DNA of 64,000 nucleotides from a virus (Duplodnaviria; Caudoviricetes): IMG/VR virus record IMGVR_UViG_641736147_000004, positions 40,088 to 104,087 of that record; one strand, 5' to 3'. Shown piece by piece: positions 41,080 to 52,270 of this stretch (position 1 is its first letter; each line of letters starts with the position of its first letter). The notes under the pieces were generated by a model. It saw only the letters and a program-made list of their open reading frames with translations, ran no database searches and was not told where the DNA came from. The position numbers and the translations under genes were made by a program.

Positions 41080-42657
41080 TTAGACACCTCGTTCCTTACT
41101 TTCTATAGTTGCATCACTAGAATCAGAATCGTCTAATTTAGGATTTCCTATATCATTTCCGTCTTTACCACTTAGTACATTAGTGTTCAGTGGTGGCATA
41201 ATCTTTTCCCTTAATTTTAATTTTTCTATTTCATAAATAGATTCTTCAAAATATTCTTCGGAACTTATACCCAACATATCTAAAACATACTTTGCAGAAT
41301 ATCCTTGTGCTTCTAATTTAATCAATGTATCAAGTTTCTTTTCTCTTTCGATAGGAGTATCTTTATTATATTGAAATATATAGTTACAACCTTTTTCTTT
41401 TCCTAATATAATATCTATAAGTTGATTATATATTTCTTCTATAATTTCTAACATTACACCTATCTTTTTATAAAATACATCTAGGTTTAACTTAGCTGAA
41501 GCATAGTTACCTTTTGTACCATTAGTTAAAACTTGTGAAATACCTATGGCATTAGTAATATCGTTATCAATGGATTCGTATTTTTTAGGATCTAATGTTT
41601 TATCTCCGTTTTTAATTTCAGGAAATTCAAAAGTTGCAAAATCAGGCATAGCAATACAAGCAATACCATTTTTATCTTTAATACCTTTTTCTAATGCTCT
41701 TTTAACTCCTGATAATACTTTTCTCTTAGCACTTTCTTTAACTTTGGTATCATTATCATCCTTACCTCTAAATTTTAAAACTGCCATAGCCTTTATTATT
41801 TTATCTGCTATGGATTGTTCTAAATCTCTAAGTTTTTGTTTATGCTGAATATCAAATAAAGTTTGAGTACCATATGGTATACCTAATCTTTGATTTCTAC
41901 TTAAAGTATGTATTCTTGCAACTAGAGTTTTGTCAACAGGAAGCATTATGTATCTTACTTCATCTTCATTATTTCCTTTATAATCCTTCCATTTTTTATA
42001 TTTAATTTCTGTTATTAGTGGAGATAAATTTTCAAACATTAATTTTCTTTCTAACTCAGCCATATCATCAAACCATTTTAGATCAATCACAGCTATCATT
42101 TTCCCTTTAGCTCGTCCATATGGAAATATATAATTTAAATTATTGAATACATTAAAATAAGGCTCTCTTTTAGAACCTAGCCATGTACCAACTAAAGTAC
42201 CACTATGAGCTAGTTGGACTAACAAATCTCTAGTTAATTGTTTGTGTTGTATTTTCTTTTCTAAATAAAGATTTATTGTAGATAAATCATCTTTATATCC
42301 TTGATCTCTTTTTAACACTTTTATCTGATAATCCAATGGAGGCAAACTAAATATTAAATCGTATAATTGAAATACATTTCCATCAATAATATAATAATAA
42401 GTTAGTAAATTAACTATGTTGTTAATATATTTATCAGGATTGTTAAACCATAATTGTAAAGTATCTAAATTAACAGTTTTTATCTTACCATTATTACATA
42501 AGTCCATTACAAAACCATCTATAAATGCATCAACTACATCATCATATGTATTATATTGACGTTCTAATTCATTTATATGTTCTTGCAATTGTTCTATTTG
42601 CAAAGATTGTTTTTCTATTGTTGTAGATTTATTTTGACTTCCTTTTGTTCTTGCCAA
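41080..42657 (-). CDS. Portal protein
   Basis: 525 aa directly after terminase; GISQVLTNG..GNYASAKLN. Confidence 0.8.
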   Translation of the reverse strand: MARTKGSQNKSTTIEKQSLQIEQLQEHINELERQYNTYDDVVDAFIDGFVMDLCNNGKIKTVNLDTLQLWFNNPDKYINNIVNLLTYYYIIDGNVFQLYDLIFSLPPLDYQIKVLKRDQGYKDDLSTINLYLEKKIQHKQLTRDLLVQLAHSGTLVGTWLGSKREPYFNVFNNLNYIFPYGRAKGKMIAVIDLKWFDDMAELERKLMFENLSPLITEIKYKKWKDYKGNNEDEVRYIMLPVDKTLVARIHTLSRNQRLGIPYGTQTLFDIQHKQKLRDLEQSIADKIIKAMAVLKFRGKDDNDTKVKESAKRKVLSGVKRALEKGIKDKNGIACIAMPDFATFEFPEIKNGDKTLDPKKYESIDNDITNAIGISQVLTNGTKGNYASAKLNLDVFYKKIGVMLEIIEEIYNQLIDIILGKEKGCNYIFQYNKDTPIEREKKLDTLIKLEAQGYSAKYVLDMLGISSEEYFEESIYEIEKLKLREKIMPPLNTNVLSGKDGNDIGNPKLDDSDSSDATIESKERGV

Positions 42658-42732
42658 TTCTTAATAGTCACCTCCTCTTGTTTATTAATCTTGATTGTTT
42701 TCATTTTTGATTTAATCTAATTTTATTATTAC

Positions 42733-43588
42733 TTAAATATAATATACTAATGGGTCATCATCTTCATAACTATCTTCTTCTTGTTTTTCTAAGAATAGAT
42801 TAATATAATATAATGCATAAGCTAAAGCTGAATATCTATCTTTATCTATTCTTTTCGTAGCTTGTTCAACGGTTATTGAATTTGTGGTTTTCTTAAGTTT
42901 TAAATTAGCTACTTCATCTATTAGGTATTGAGTATGTAAACATGCTTGTTGTACTATAATTTTATCAATACTTTTAGGTAGAGATGTTTTAATTTCATCA
43001 TATGGTTTTAATAATTTTAATCTTTGGCTTTCAACATAGTCCATAAATATTCTTATTATATCTCCATTTATACCCTGTGCTGTTAAATCATATACTACTT
43101 TAGGAGCGTCTCCATTTTGTGGTTTTTGGTCTGTATTTATTGTTGCAAAACAACCTAGTTCTTCATTTGTTTCTGGGTCTGTGACTTCCTCTAATAATCT
43201 ATCTATTAATCCTTTACCAATGACATTCCCATCAACAACAATTGCTTTCACCCTTGATTTATTCATATCTAACTTACCACCATATTGATAAAAAACTTTT
43301 TTAACTAATATACTTTGTTCAGTAAAATTAAGTCCATTAGGTGGTTCTATTAAATTTACTAACTGTATTTGCCTTATTACACCTTGTTTATTTCTGATTA
43401 CTTTTAATACTACTATAGCTGATTTGTTATTACTTTGTGCATTTGAACGAGCTACGTCAACGCCTATAACGTATTCTTCTAAGGCAAACCTACCATTTTT
43501 ATCTTTGCTACAACTTAATTGTGAATTTGTTAAAGTTCTTAAATCTAACAATTTATTAATATTGACCAAAGCTCCGTCGGTTGCACCA
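42733..43588 (-). CDS. Terminase large subunit, exon 2 (nuclease domain)
   Basis: YVIGVDVAR, VVDGNVIG, KDRYSAL; joins as KW-V-GATDGALV. Confidence 0.9.
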
Positions 43589-43977
43589 CACGTTATTCTA
43601 TTATTTCTAATAGCGTGGACTATATCTTGGTTTTAATAATTTTACAAAACCTCCTTGCACTTCCAAATAAGGAATTTCACCTTAAATGTACTCTACTCCC
43701 TTCCATCATTACATGACGTGGTTTCGATAGTCTCTACACTTTATTCGTACAACACGAATCTTAGCACGGTATTGTCAAGCTATCTTAATATAAGTTTAAG
43801 ACCTTAGACTCTCTTAGTCAGTTCCTTCGTTTATGGACTTATTGTATATACAATAAGGTCTATTATCTCTTTGTAAAGTTTCAATAGACAATCTTATTCA
43901 ACTGATACCGTTAGCAGTATTTAAAATACCACACCCTATATTTATAGGTTCGCAAGGAATGAGCCGTACTATTGTTG
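43589..43977 (-). ncRNA. Group I intron (389 nt, no ORF) in terminase large subunit
   Basis: P1 AUGGGU/GCUCAU with U.G; GAGACUA and AAGAUAUAGUC; terminal G at 43589 restores a 592-aa frame. Confidence 0.9.
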
Positions 43978-44900
43978 ACCCATTTTTCTTCATAATTCAT
44001 TGCGAAGAATATTGCTGACGAAGTTGGATCGTTTTTCTTAGCTAAAATTTGTGAACGTGTTTCACCTCTACCGTAATGACATGGTAATTCCCAACTAGCA
44101 CTTAAAACCATTTTCCCTTTAAGTTCCGCCATAGCATCTATCATACTGCTAATTCTCACGAACTCATCAGAACCTCTGTATCCTGATGTAGTTAGGAAGT
44201 TTATCATTCCATTTAATTCACATGGATTAACGGTTGCTCTAGTTCCAACTGTACGTCTAGGCACGTTTACTACTGGTTCTAAACAATCTTTAAACAAAGC
44301 ATTATTTAACAAAGCAGATTCCTCTATATTTAATCTACGTTTACGTTGTCCTTTTGAAGTTTGTGCATTTGCTAATATACTATAAATTGCACCACTTTGA
44401 AATATAACTTCTGTACTATTTTTAGTAAAATGTGCTTCAGCAACTTCATTTTTCAAAAGGGGAAACCATTTTAAAATTTCTTTATGTTTTTCTTCCGAAA
44501 TACTACTTGCATTTTCTTTGCTTTGAGCCGACATAGCAATTGTAATATCTGGGAAGAATACGCATGTATGATATATACTCATCAACTCTAACATGGTCTT
44601 ACCGAATCCTCTTGGAAATACTCCATATGTACTTATAAATCTACTCATACATCTTAAAAAAACTCTTTGATCTAGGTCTAATCTCATTCCACCCTTTTCA
44701 GGTTTGAGCATATCATACCATAAATCAGGAAACCATTTTGCCCATTGAATGAATAATATCCATTTATTTAAATTTTGATGAAATGAATCTTCTTTTTGGT
44801 CTTCTAATTTTACATTGTTATTAAATGCTGGATTATAAATATCTGTTCTTGAAGTTTCTTTGCTACATTTAAAATTATCAGTTTTAAAATTTTTAGCCAT
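43978..44900 (-). CDS. Terminase large subunit, exon 1 (ATPase domain)
   Basis: Walker A PRGFGKT, Walker B LNIEE, LTTSG. Confidence 0.9.
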
Positions 44901-45825
44901 TCTTTGCTTTTTTTACCTCCTTTTGTTTTGATAATTCGTTATCCAACATCTGTGATTCATATTCATTTCTTCTTTTTTCATAAAAATTGTAAATATCTTT
45001 ATATTCACACTCAGGCATACCCTTAATATCTCTTACAGCATTGATAAAGCACCATAAATTAACGTCTACTTTATCTTTTGGTTGTTCAGTAAATAAAGGT
45101 AATAAAGCCATTAACTCACCTTCAGGTGTTTGTTCTACCATTCTGCTTAATTGACCAAAAGTATCTAGTCCACCAGACAAGTCTGCTTTAGACATTTGAT
45201 TAGGATTCAATTTACCCGATGTTGCAACATCTTTAGCCATTGAAGCCCATTCTTTAGCTTCTTTAAAATCTCCCTTTGCTTTTGCTAAACCCTCTTTAAC
45301 TTTATCGATACAGTATTCCTTTAAACATTCTTCATGCATCGTAGTTAATAATTGAAAGCTTGGTTTTAATTGTTGATATTTTTTTTCAAATAATTCATAT
45401 TCTTCATCAGGATAACCCAGACCAAATTTTTCTTTAAGAAAACTTATATTTTCATTATTACTACTATTAATTATGATATTTTTATTATCTTCTATTTTGT
45501 TTTGTAATTTAAAAACACTATGTTCCCATGTCATTCCTTCGTTTTGTTGTAATGAATTTATATTTTTAATGTATGTACCAAATGTGTCTTTCTTACTATT
45601 TAAAGCCGATTGCCAATACTCATAAATAAATGGCAAATCCATTTGTCTTAGAACGTTATAAATTGTATTAATATCATTATAATTTATTTTTTCTTTAATG
45701 CATTTTTTGCATATTGGCAGTCTTCCGTCTTTAGATATTAATTTATTATTTGTTTGATAAAAATTAGTTTCCGTTTTTATAACTCTGTGACATTCTTCAC
45801 ATTCTTTCTTTTTTACTTGACTCAT
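44893..45825 (-). CDS. Zn-finger protein upstream of terminase (terminase small subunit candidate)
   Basis: CxxC...CxxC N-terminus; overlaps terminase start. Confidence 0.6.
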   Translation of the reverse strand: MSQVKKKECEECHRVIKTETNFYQTNNKLISKDGRLPICKKCIKEKINYNDINTIYNVLRQMDLPFIYEYWQSALNSKKDTFGTYIKNINSLQQNEGMTWEHSVFKLQNKIEDNKNIIINSSNNENISFLKEKFGLGYPDEEYELFEKKYQQLKPSFQLLTTMHEECLKEYCIDKVKEGLAKAKGDFKEAKEWASMAKDVATSGKLNPNQMSKADLSGGLDTFGQLSRMVEQTPEGELMALLPLFTEQPKDKVDVNLWCFINAVRDIKGMPECEYKDIYNFYEKRRNEYESQMLDNELSKQKEVKKAKNG

Positions 45826-46028
45826 CTTGTTCCTCCTTCCTAAATTTTTGCATAATAAAAAAAGAAGCTACTTTTAAATAGCCCCTTAATTCTTAAATTT
45901 CCCTATGGGATTTGTACATCTTATAATTATCCTATAGATATTTTATTTATATAATCACAATTAGACGTACCTATAAGATACGCCTTATCTAACTATATGT
46001 ATAATGTTTTAATTTTATTTTAATAAAC

Positions 46029-46763
46029 TTATATGTAATATTTCTTTAATAATTTCCTTATATAATCTAATCCTTTTTGATAAACCACAGTTTTTGTATT
46101 TATCTTTATTTCACCATTAGGTTTCTCGAATTCTTTTTCTATAATCTTAAAATACTTATTATCTACAAATCTCTGATAAGGTATGTTATTACTCATCAAT
46201 ACATCATGATTTCTTAAAAATTTAAATAAATTATTTCTTCCTATACCCATGTTTAAAACTTTTGCACATTCACCCATATCTATTGTATCTTCACTTTTGG
46301 TTACGGCATCATAGAATTCGGCTTTAGGTAGCATAATATAATTTTCTTCTTTTAACTTCTCATTTTCTTCAGCCCTATCAGCTAACTCTCTCAATGCTTC
46401 TGCATAAGTTTGTGGTAGTTTATATGTAGTAATTTGTCTTAAACTTTCTTCCATCTTATTAAATGCATCAACATACGTTGCAGTAAATAATACCCCTTTT
46501 TTGCCTATCATTTTATTAGCTATCATTTCACAACCCTTTTTAGTTACTAAATAACACTCATACGTTTTATTATTACCTTCTGTTTTATATGTGGATTCAA
46601 TAAAAAAATCTGAAAATCCAAGGTTGGATTCTCTCAGAATCTCAATATATCCTCTAATATCCCTCATTAAATGTGAATGTTTCTTATCGACCATTCTTGC
46701 AACGTCTCTACTATCTGTTAATAACTTCCCATTTTGATTGATTACTTTTAATTCATTTACCAT
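46029..46763 (-). CDS. Rha-domain / KilAC antirepressor
   Basis: DSRDVARMVDKKHSHLMRDI...FNKME; PKAEFYD...GRNNLFKFLR. Confidence 0.9.
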   Translation of the reverse strand: MVNELKVINQNGKLLTDSRDVARMVDKKHSHLMRDIRGYIEILRESNLGFSDFFIESTYKTEGNNKTYECYLVTKKGCEMIANKMIGKKGVLFTATYVDAFNKMEESLRQITTYKLPQTYAEALRELADRAEENEKLKEENYIMLPKAEFYDAVTKSEDTIDMGECAKVLNMGIGRNNLFKFLRNHDVLMSNNIPYQRFVDNKYFKIIEKEFEKPNGEIKINTKTVVYQKGLDYIRKLLKKYYI

Positions 46764-47032
46764 TTTATCGACCTCTTTCTTTTATTTTTTTTTAGTAATA
46801 TATAATCTCTTATATATTCCAATTGACATTCGACTTGATATAATTAGGCATACAAAAATAGGACTAGAATTTAATCTAGTCCCTTTAGAAAATATATTAC
46901 CAAAATTATAAAATAGGGTGGTCGAATACCCATTGCAATATACAAATAAAGTAGGAATAATATTTTCATTAATCCTACTTTTGATTTTTTAATTAACTTG
47001 TATATAAAATTTAGTTTTTATATAATAAAATA

Positions 47033-47674
47033 CTAATCTTCTATTATTACAGTATGTACACGTCGAATATTATAACCTTTATTTCTTAAATAATATGATA
47101 ATTTAAATTCCACTTCAGATTTTCCATCTACGTATATACTAACGTGCTTATCTTTCTCAATATATTTTTCTATAATATTTACAATATTATCCACCATTGT
47201 ATTTTCCTTTATTTTTAATGCAATACATGCTTTTCCGCTTTTGCACAAAGTCATTACATCACCAACATAAGATAATATACAATAGTTTTCCTGTTTTGAT
47301 ATATGTGTTGTAACTTTTGCTGACTGAGGTAGATTAATTGTTGGTACATTATTATCTACAACAGTCCATACTTTACGATTTCTAATATCTTCATCTCCAT
47401 TTTGTTCCCATACAGTCACCTCTTGAATTACACTGCCATTATCATCTTGGGTTTTACATTCCTTATACATTAATTTCCAATCGTATTTTTTAATTAATTC
47501 TACAACTTTTTCATAGGCTTGGATAAGATTTTTGTACATGCTAAAATTGTTACCTTCCAAGCATTTATTAATCTTATTTCTTAACATATTTTCTTCTTGC
47601 TTTAGAAAGCCTACCACATTCTCATTAAAATTTTTGTTTTCCATATTATTCTCCTTCTGACTATCGGGAGTCAC
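47033..47674 (-). CDS. Hypothetical protein
   Basis: ORF track; likely start MENK. Confidence 0.6.
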   Translation of the reverse strand: MTPDSQKENNMENKNFNENVVGFLKQEENMLRNKINKCLEGNNFSMYKNLIQAYEKVVELIKKYDWKLMYKECKTQDDNGSVIQEVTVWEQNGDEDIRNRKVWTVVDNNVPTINLPQSAKVTTHISKQENYCILSYVGDVMTLCKSGKACIALKIKENTMVDNIVNIIEKYIEKDKHVSIYVDGKSEVEFKLSYYLRNKGYNIRRVHTVIIED

Positions 47675-47841
47675 CCATATTCTTGAATATATTTACATAC
47701 TCATCAATATTAGCAATCTACAACAGCCACCAACTAATGCAAATTGCTAACACTATTAATATATAAATAAAATTTTAGGGGGTATTATGAAAACTATATA
47801 TAAACTTAATTTAATAAGCTTATAATCAATATTTAATTTTT

Positions 47842-48429
47842 TTAATCTACTCTTACTGTAATATTAAATAATTCTCCAATTGCTTTTAAAGTATCTTTCA
47901 CACCTTGTTGATATATCTGATCTAATACTTCATCTTTTTCATCTTCGCAACATTCATCACAACATTTACAACATTCACAATGTTCTTTATCAGAATTGTA
48001 TGCATAATTTTCTTCCAATGATTTAAGATTTTCTAAATCCTCATCATCTTTATTATCAAGGCTCTTAATTATTATTACGTTTTCGCTTTCATTGCATTTC
48101 TCTACAATATCTTCACTATATTCATGTAATATAGACTCTTGAATAAGTACATTATCAGCTACATATTCATCATACAAGTTCCCATCTTTATTTGTTAAAA
48201 ATTCGATAATAAAATCATTATCTCCATATTTAAAAACACTATAATAAGGATACTCACAATCTAATTCTATGCTGAAATAATCCTCGAAATCATCTTTACT
48301 ATACTCCGAATACTGTAATATTTCCCACGCAGTTTTATAATCACACAGGAACATTACTTCCTTATCAGTATTAAAATAATTTTCCATTATACAATCTAAA
48401 TTATATTCTTTAACATTTAACTTTTTCAT
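47842..48429 (-). CDS. Acidic hypothetical protein with Cys cluster
   Basis: HCECCKCCDECC; SD GAAAGGA. Confidence 0.65.
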   Translation of the reverse strand: MKKLNVKEYNLDCIMENYFNTDKEVMFLCDYKTAWEILQYSEYSKDDFEDYFSIELDCEYPYYSVFKYGDNDFIIEFLTNKDGNLYDEYVADNVLIQESILHEYSEDIVEKCNESENVIIIKSLDNKDDEDLENLKSLEENYAYNSDKEHCECCKCCDECCEDEKDEVLDQIYQQGVKDTLKAIGELFNITVRVD

Positions 48430-48649
48430 TTAATCATTTCCTTTCTGTTCATCATTTTAATCTATTATCCACTTTATTTAATTCTAATTTTCTAGCAAAA
48501 ATAGCAACCACAGTATATGCAGTTGCTTAATTTAAGTTGTTTTGTTTTTCACCTAACTTACGTCCTTTCTACGGTATTTTGTTGTATGTATATGTAGTCT
48601 AAATAATTAGACTTATAACCTTTTTAATATGTATAGTTTTAATTTAATT

Positions 48650-48844
48650 TTATTTGCTTGATTTGAAAAATCCTCCAATAATACTTAATACTACTGTTAC
48701 TGCTAGAGCTATTGGAAAAGTTATAACTTTGATTGCAAAATAGACAGCTATGAAGTTCCATAATAACTTTATTAACCAAGCTGTAAGTCAATATCCACAA
48801 GATATAGCTATTATCACTCCAACTACAAAAAGCATTTTCTTCAA
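48650..48844 (-). pseudogene. Disrupted small membrane protein
   Basis: TTG start with SD; hydrophobic frame broken by TGA then a frameshift; continues WNFIAVYFAIKVITFPIALAVTVVLSIIGGFFKSSK*. Confidence 0.5.
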
Positions 48845-48860
48845 TTTAATCATCCTTTCA

Positions 48861-49889
48861 TTATAATATTACAGTATAATCCTCTTTTTTATCATTCTCT
48901 TTTAATTCTTCTAAATAATATGTTTTAATATTATTATAATTAACTTTTTCATCGTTATTATATTTTGTGATAGTATAGCAATAATCTTGCTTAGTATAAT
49001 TTAACTTACCACAATCAGCATATTTCATTGGATTACACATACATCCATTTTCTACTGCAAATACACCTTGTCTTCTTGATACTATCATCTGACTTTGTTT
49101 ATGAGTATGTCCAAATACTGCAACATCGAATTTCTCTTGTTTGTTTAAGAAATGTGCAACTACTGATTCACATAACCTACCATCAATTTGTGAGAACCCC
49201 TTTGGATGACATACTATTAATTTTTCATCTAAATTAACATACCAATGAGGAATATATGTTATATCTGCAATTCCTTCATAAGTTACTTTTTTATCATCTT
49301 CATAAATCGTGAATCCATCAACTAGCATTGATAATATATTAGGATTCAAGAATTTTTGTAAGTCCTTCTTTTGCATATTACAAATTTCCTTGTATAATCT
49401 CTCTTCGTGATTCCCATTGAATAAGACTATCTTTTGTCCGTTATTTAATATCTTTCTGACTTTCTTCAAGAAGTTATAGGCATAAATTAATTCTTGTACT
49501 AATGACATTCTTTGTACTTTAGGAAAACTTGATATAGATTCACAATCCATTAAATCTCCTGCTATAACTAAAGTATCAATTTCATGTGAATGTTTTTGTA
49601 TTATTTCTAATACATCTTTTCTTTCATAAGGTACATGAAGGTCGTTTATTATCATTACATTTTTATCATACTTTTGATTTAGTTCTATTAAGGTGTCTTG
49701 TCTACCTAAATTATAATCGAAACTACGGCATCTCCTAGTAGATTCACCTAGTTTCTTACCTTCTATTTCATTCATTAATTTCCATATTTTTTTATTATTC
49801 AATCCATATGCAACTTTGTTCTTATATAGTCTAGCTTCATATTGTCTGATAGTTTCATTATCTTGTTTTTTAATTTTATTATCTATCAT
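48861..49889 (-). CDS. Metallophosphoesterase
   Basis: DLH, GDLMD, GNHE, GHTH motifs. Confidence 0.9.
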   Translation of the reverse strand: MIDNKIKKQDNETIRQYEARLYKNKVAYGLNNKKIWKLMNEIEGKKLGESTRRCRSFDYNLGRQDTLIELNQKYDKNVMIINDLHVPYERKDVLEIIQKHSHEIDTLVIAGDLMDCESISSFPKVQRMSLVQELIYAYNFLKKVRKILNNGQKIVLFNGNHEERLYKEICNMQKKDLQKFLNPNILSMLVDGFTIYEDDKKVTYEGIADITYIPHWYVNLDEKLIVCHPKGFSQIDGRLCESVVAHFLNKQEKFDVAVFGHTHKQSQMIVSRRQGVFAVENGCMCNPMKYADCGKLNYTKQDYCYTITKYNNDEKVNYNNIKTYYLEELKENDKKEDYTVIL

Positions 49890-49907
49890 TAATCAACTAA
49901 TTCCTTT

Positions 49908-50660
49908 CTATTCAATCTCAAAATTTACTTGTTTCAATTTATTATGTATATAATCTATTCCTTTAGCCGTTACTAAAGTTTGTGTTAAATTCTTATCTTC
50001 ACCATATATAGTTTTTGTAAATTCTCTTACTGCAAAATAACCTTGTGCGATAAACCTTTGATAAGGTAAGTTATTTTTCATTAATATATTTTGTTGTCTA
50101 AGAAAACTAAATAATTTGTTTCTTCCTACTTGTAAACTTTTAGCTACTTGATTCATAGTTTGATTATTTTTAGCATTAATCATTCTATCATAACCATCTG
50201 CTTTAGGTTTTAATTCTTTTACAGACTTTTGTAAATCTTTTACCATAGCTTTCTTAGTATCTTCTGATAATGTAGGGAAGTAATTGTCTATAAACTCTTC
50301 TTCTTTTCCTTCATTAACATAACCACCAGTTTTACGAATAGTGGGTAGTACTTCGTTTGTTACCCATTTTCTAAAACTCTTACATTTTTCTGTTCTAGCT
50401 TCTAACATAAAATCGTAAAGCATATTTTCAGTTAAATATTGTTGTACACCTTGTACAACCGTTGATATTTCGGCATTTGTTAGTACTTTTTCAATTCTAT
50501 CTTTTTGAGGATACAATTTACCTTTTGCAGCTTTTACATATCCTAAAGCCATACCAGTTGAATATAATTCAAATAAGACTTGTCCATCTTTTTCAATCAT
50601 TTCAACCTTATTACCTTCAAATTGTTTGACTATTTCTAGTTCTTTTCCCACAACTATCAT
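49908..50660 (-). CDS. BRO-N / KilAC antirepressor
   Basis: FRKWVTNEVLPTIRKTGGY; GRNKLFSFLR. Confidence 0.9.
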   Translation of the reverse strand: MIVVGKELEIVKQFEGNKVEMIEKDGQVLFELYSTGMALGYVKAAKGKLYPQKDRIEKVLTNAEISTVVQGVQQYLTENMLYDFMLEARTEKCKSFRKWVTNEVLPTIRKTGGYVNEGKEEEFIDNYFPTLSEDTKKAMVKDLQKSVKELKPKADGYDRMINAKNNQTMNQVAKSLQVGRNKLFSFLRQQNILMKNNLPYQRFIAQGYFAVREFTKTIYGEDKNLTQTLVTAKGIDYIHNKLKQVNFEIE

Positions 50661-51132
50661 TCCTCCTAATATTTTTGATTTAAAATAATAAAAGAGTTAG
50701 CATTTCGCTAACTCTACTTTCTTAATGGTGGGTAATTATCCCACAAATTAAGAGGATATGATTTCTGTATGTTTCACAACATTCATATTATCATCATCAA
50801 TTAAATATCCATTAGGAACTTACCCTAATATTAGTTAAATATTTAATTGTAAATATCTATATGGAGTAGTCTTTTGATAAAAGTGTAACTATCTCAAAAA
50901 CACCTCTCTACTATTTAGTAGATAATATATTCAATTTTACAAATACTAAAAGCCTACCAAAATTAATTGATAAACTTTATATTATTTATAAAAATATTTT
51001 AATTTAATTTAAAGGAGCTTATCCTATTTCCATAAGATAAACCCTAATATTACGGGCATCTACATCCCAAGCTTACCGACCAATATGGTAGCATTTCTAA
51101 CATTAAGTTAACGGTCATTAATTTAATATAAT

Positions 51133-51448
51133 TTGTGAATTATATAGCTATGTGGACTTCTAACGGATAACTATATTATCTCCTAAACCTATATCATAGA
51201 TTTTAAAAAACTTTATAACCTTAATTTTTAAACTCTACAACTTTGAATTTTGAACATTGAAATTTAAACTTTACAACTTTGAACTTTTACAGATATTAAT
51301 GATATATCACTATTGTATATCATTGTTGTATAACGTATTCCTACGTTTATTCTTCTATTTTTCAATATCCCATTCTTTAAATTTTTAGTTGTGGTTGTAA
51401 CGCCAACCACAGGCGAATATAGATTCTTAGTTTTCATATAACTCACAA
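51133..51448 (-). ncRNA. Candidate ~315-nt structured RNA with heptamer repeat tract
   Basis: Ends pair over 13 bp (TTGTGAGTTATAT/ATATAATTCACAA); several internal hairpins; ~11 AAAGTTY-like units at 51207-51288. Confidence 0.65.
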
Positions 51449-51475
51449 TATATTACTATATAAATCTTATATTAC

Positions 51476-52114
51476 TTACTTATCATCTGAAATTGTTATC
51501 TTAGTTATAGCATTTGATTCACTTAGACAAGCATCTACTTCTGTTTCAAAACTATCTATTTCATCTGTTAATTTATCTATTTTCTCTTTTAGTTTGAGTG
51601 GATCAATTATTTCATACCCATGTTGTTTCCTGAAATTCCCTGTAAGTATTGCTACATCGTTATCCTTTTGTTTAGTTTCAGTACCAAACATAGTTTGTAA
51701 ATGTTCGTTTAATTGTTCTTCAACATCATTATTTCTTCTTTCATATGCATTTAATACTTGATTATAGTCATTTCTCATAGATACCAATAACATCTTATCT
51801 AGTTCTATACTACTTTTTCTTTCTATTGCTTCAGCAACAGTATATTCTTTATTTGCTATTATTACTTTTGTTATTGCATTACTAGCTACTATTTTAGTTT
51901 TTATTTCATTTCTTCTAGCAATTAAATCAACTATACTATCATAAGAAGATTTAGCACTTTGATTAAATTCCTCTCTAGTCTGAATACCGTCAACCTTCTT
52001 TGATGATTGCTTACATACTATTGCAAATTTACTTTCGCTTATCTTTTTATTGAATTTCTTATCTAAAGTTTTTAATTCTGTTAATGCTCTTGCTATTGTT
52101 ATTTCTTGTATCAT
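51476..52114 (-). CDS. Coiled-coil protein (loosely DIP1984-like)
   Basis: TIARALTELKTLDKK...TVAEAIERK...FETEVDACLSESNAITKI; predicted all-helical. Confidence 0.75.
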   Translation of the reverse strand: MIQEITIARALTELKTLDKKFNKKISESKFAIVCKQSSKKVDGIQTREEFNQSAKSSYDSIVDLIARRNEIKTKIVASNAITKVIIANKEYTVAEAIERKSSIELDKMLLVSMRNDYNQVLNAYERRNNDVEEQLNEHLQTMFGTETKQKDNDVAILTGNFRKQHGYEIIDPLKLKEKIDKLTDEIDSFETEVDACLSESNAITKITISDDK

Positions 52115-52153
52115 TAATACAACAACACCTTTCTTATTTTGATTTTATTATTT

Positions 52154-52228
52154 TGGCATAGGTAGTAGGAATCGAACCCACATCAATAGTTTTGGAGACT
52201 ATCATGTTAGCCATTACACCATACCTAC
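52154..52228 (-). tRNA. trnW: tRNA-Trp (CCA)
   Basis: Full cloverleaf; anticodon arm ATAGT-CTCCAAA-ACTAT; GGTTCGATTCC; encoded CCA. Confidence 0.92.
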
Positions 52229-52270
52229 ATATTATTTTAAATTCAGTCGGCGTTAAGCCTTTTTAAGGGA

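Noticed and set aside
47776-47826. Plus-strand SD and 12-codon ORF MKTIYKLNLISL
   Set aside because: Too short, no supporting promoter or conservation evidence
51040-51120. GC-richer patch that might be a small ribozyme or decayed tRNA
   Set aside because: No hammerhead, twister or cloverleaf consensus could be fitted by eye
51264-51446. 60-aa ORF in the ORF track
   Set aside because: No SD; overlaps paired RNA elements and the repeat tract; better explained as non-coding RNA
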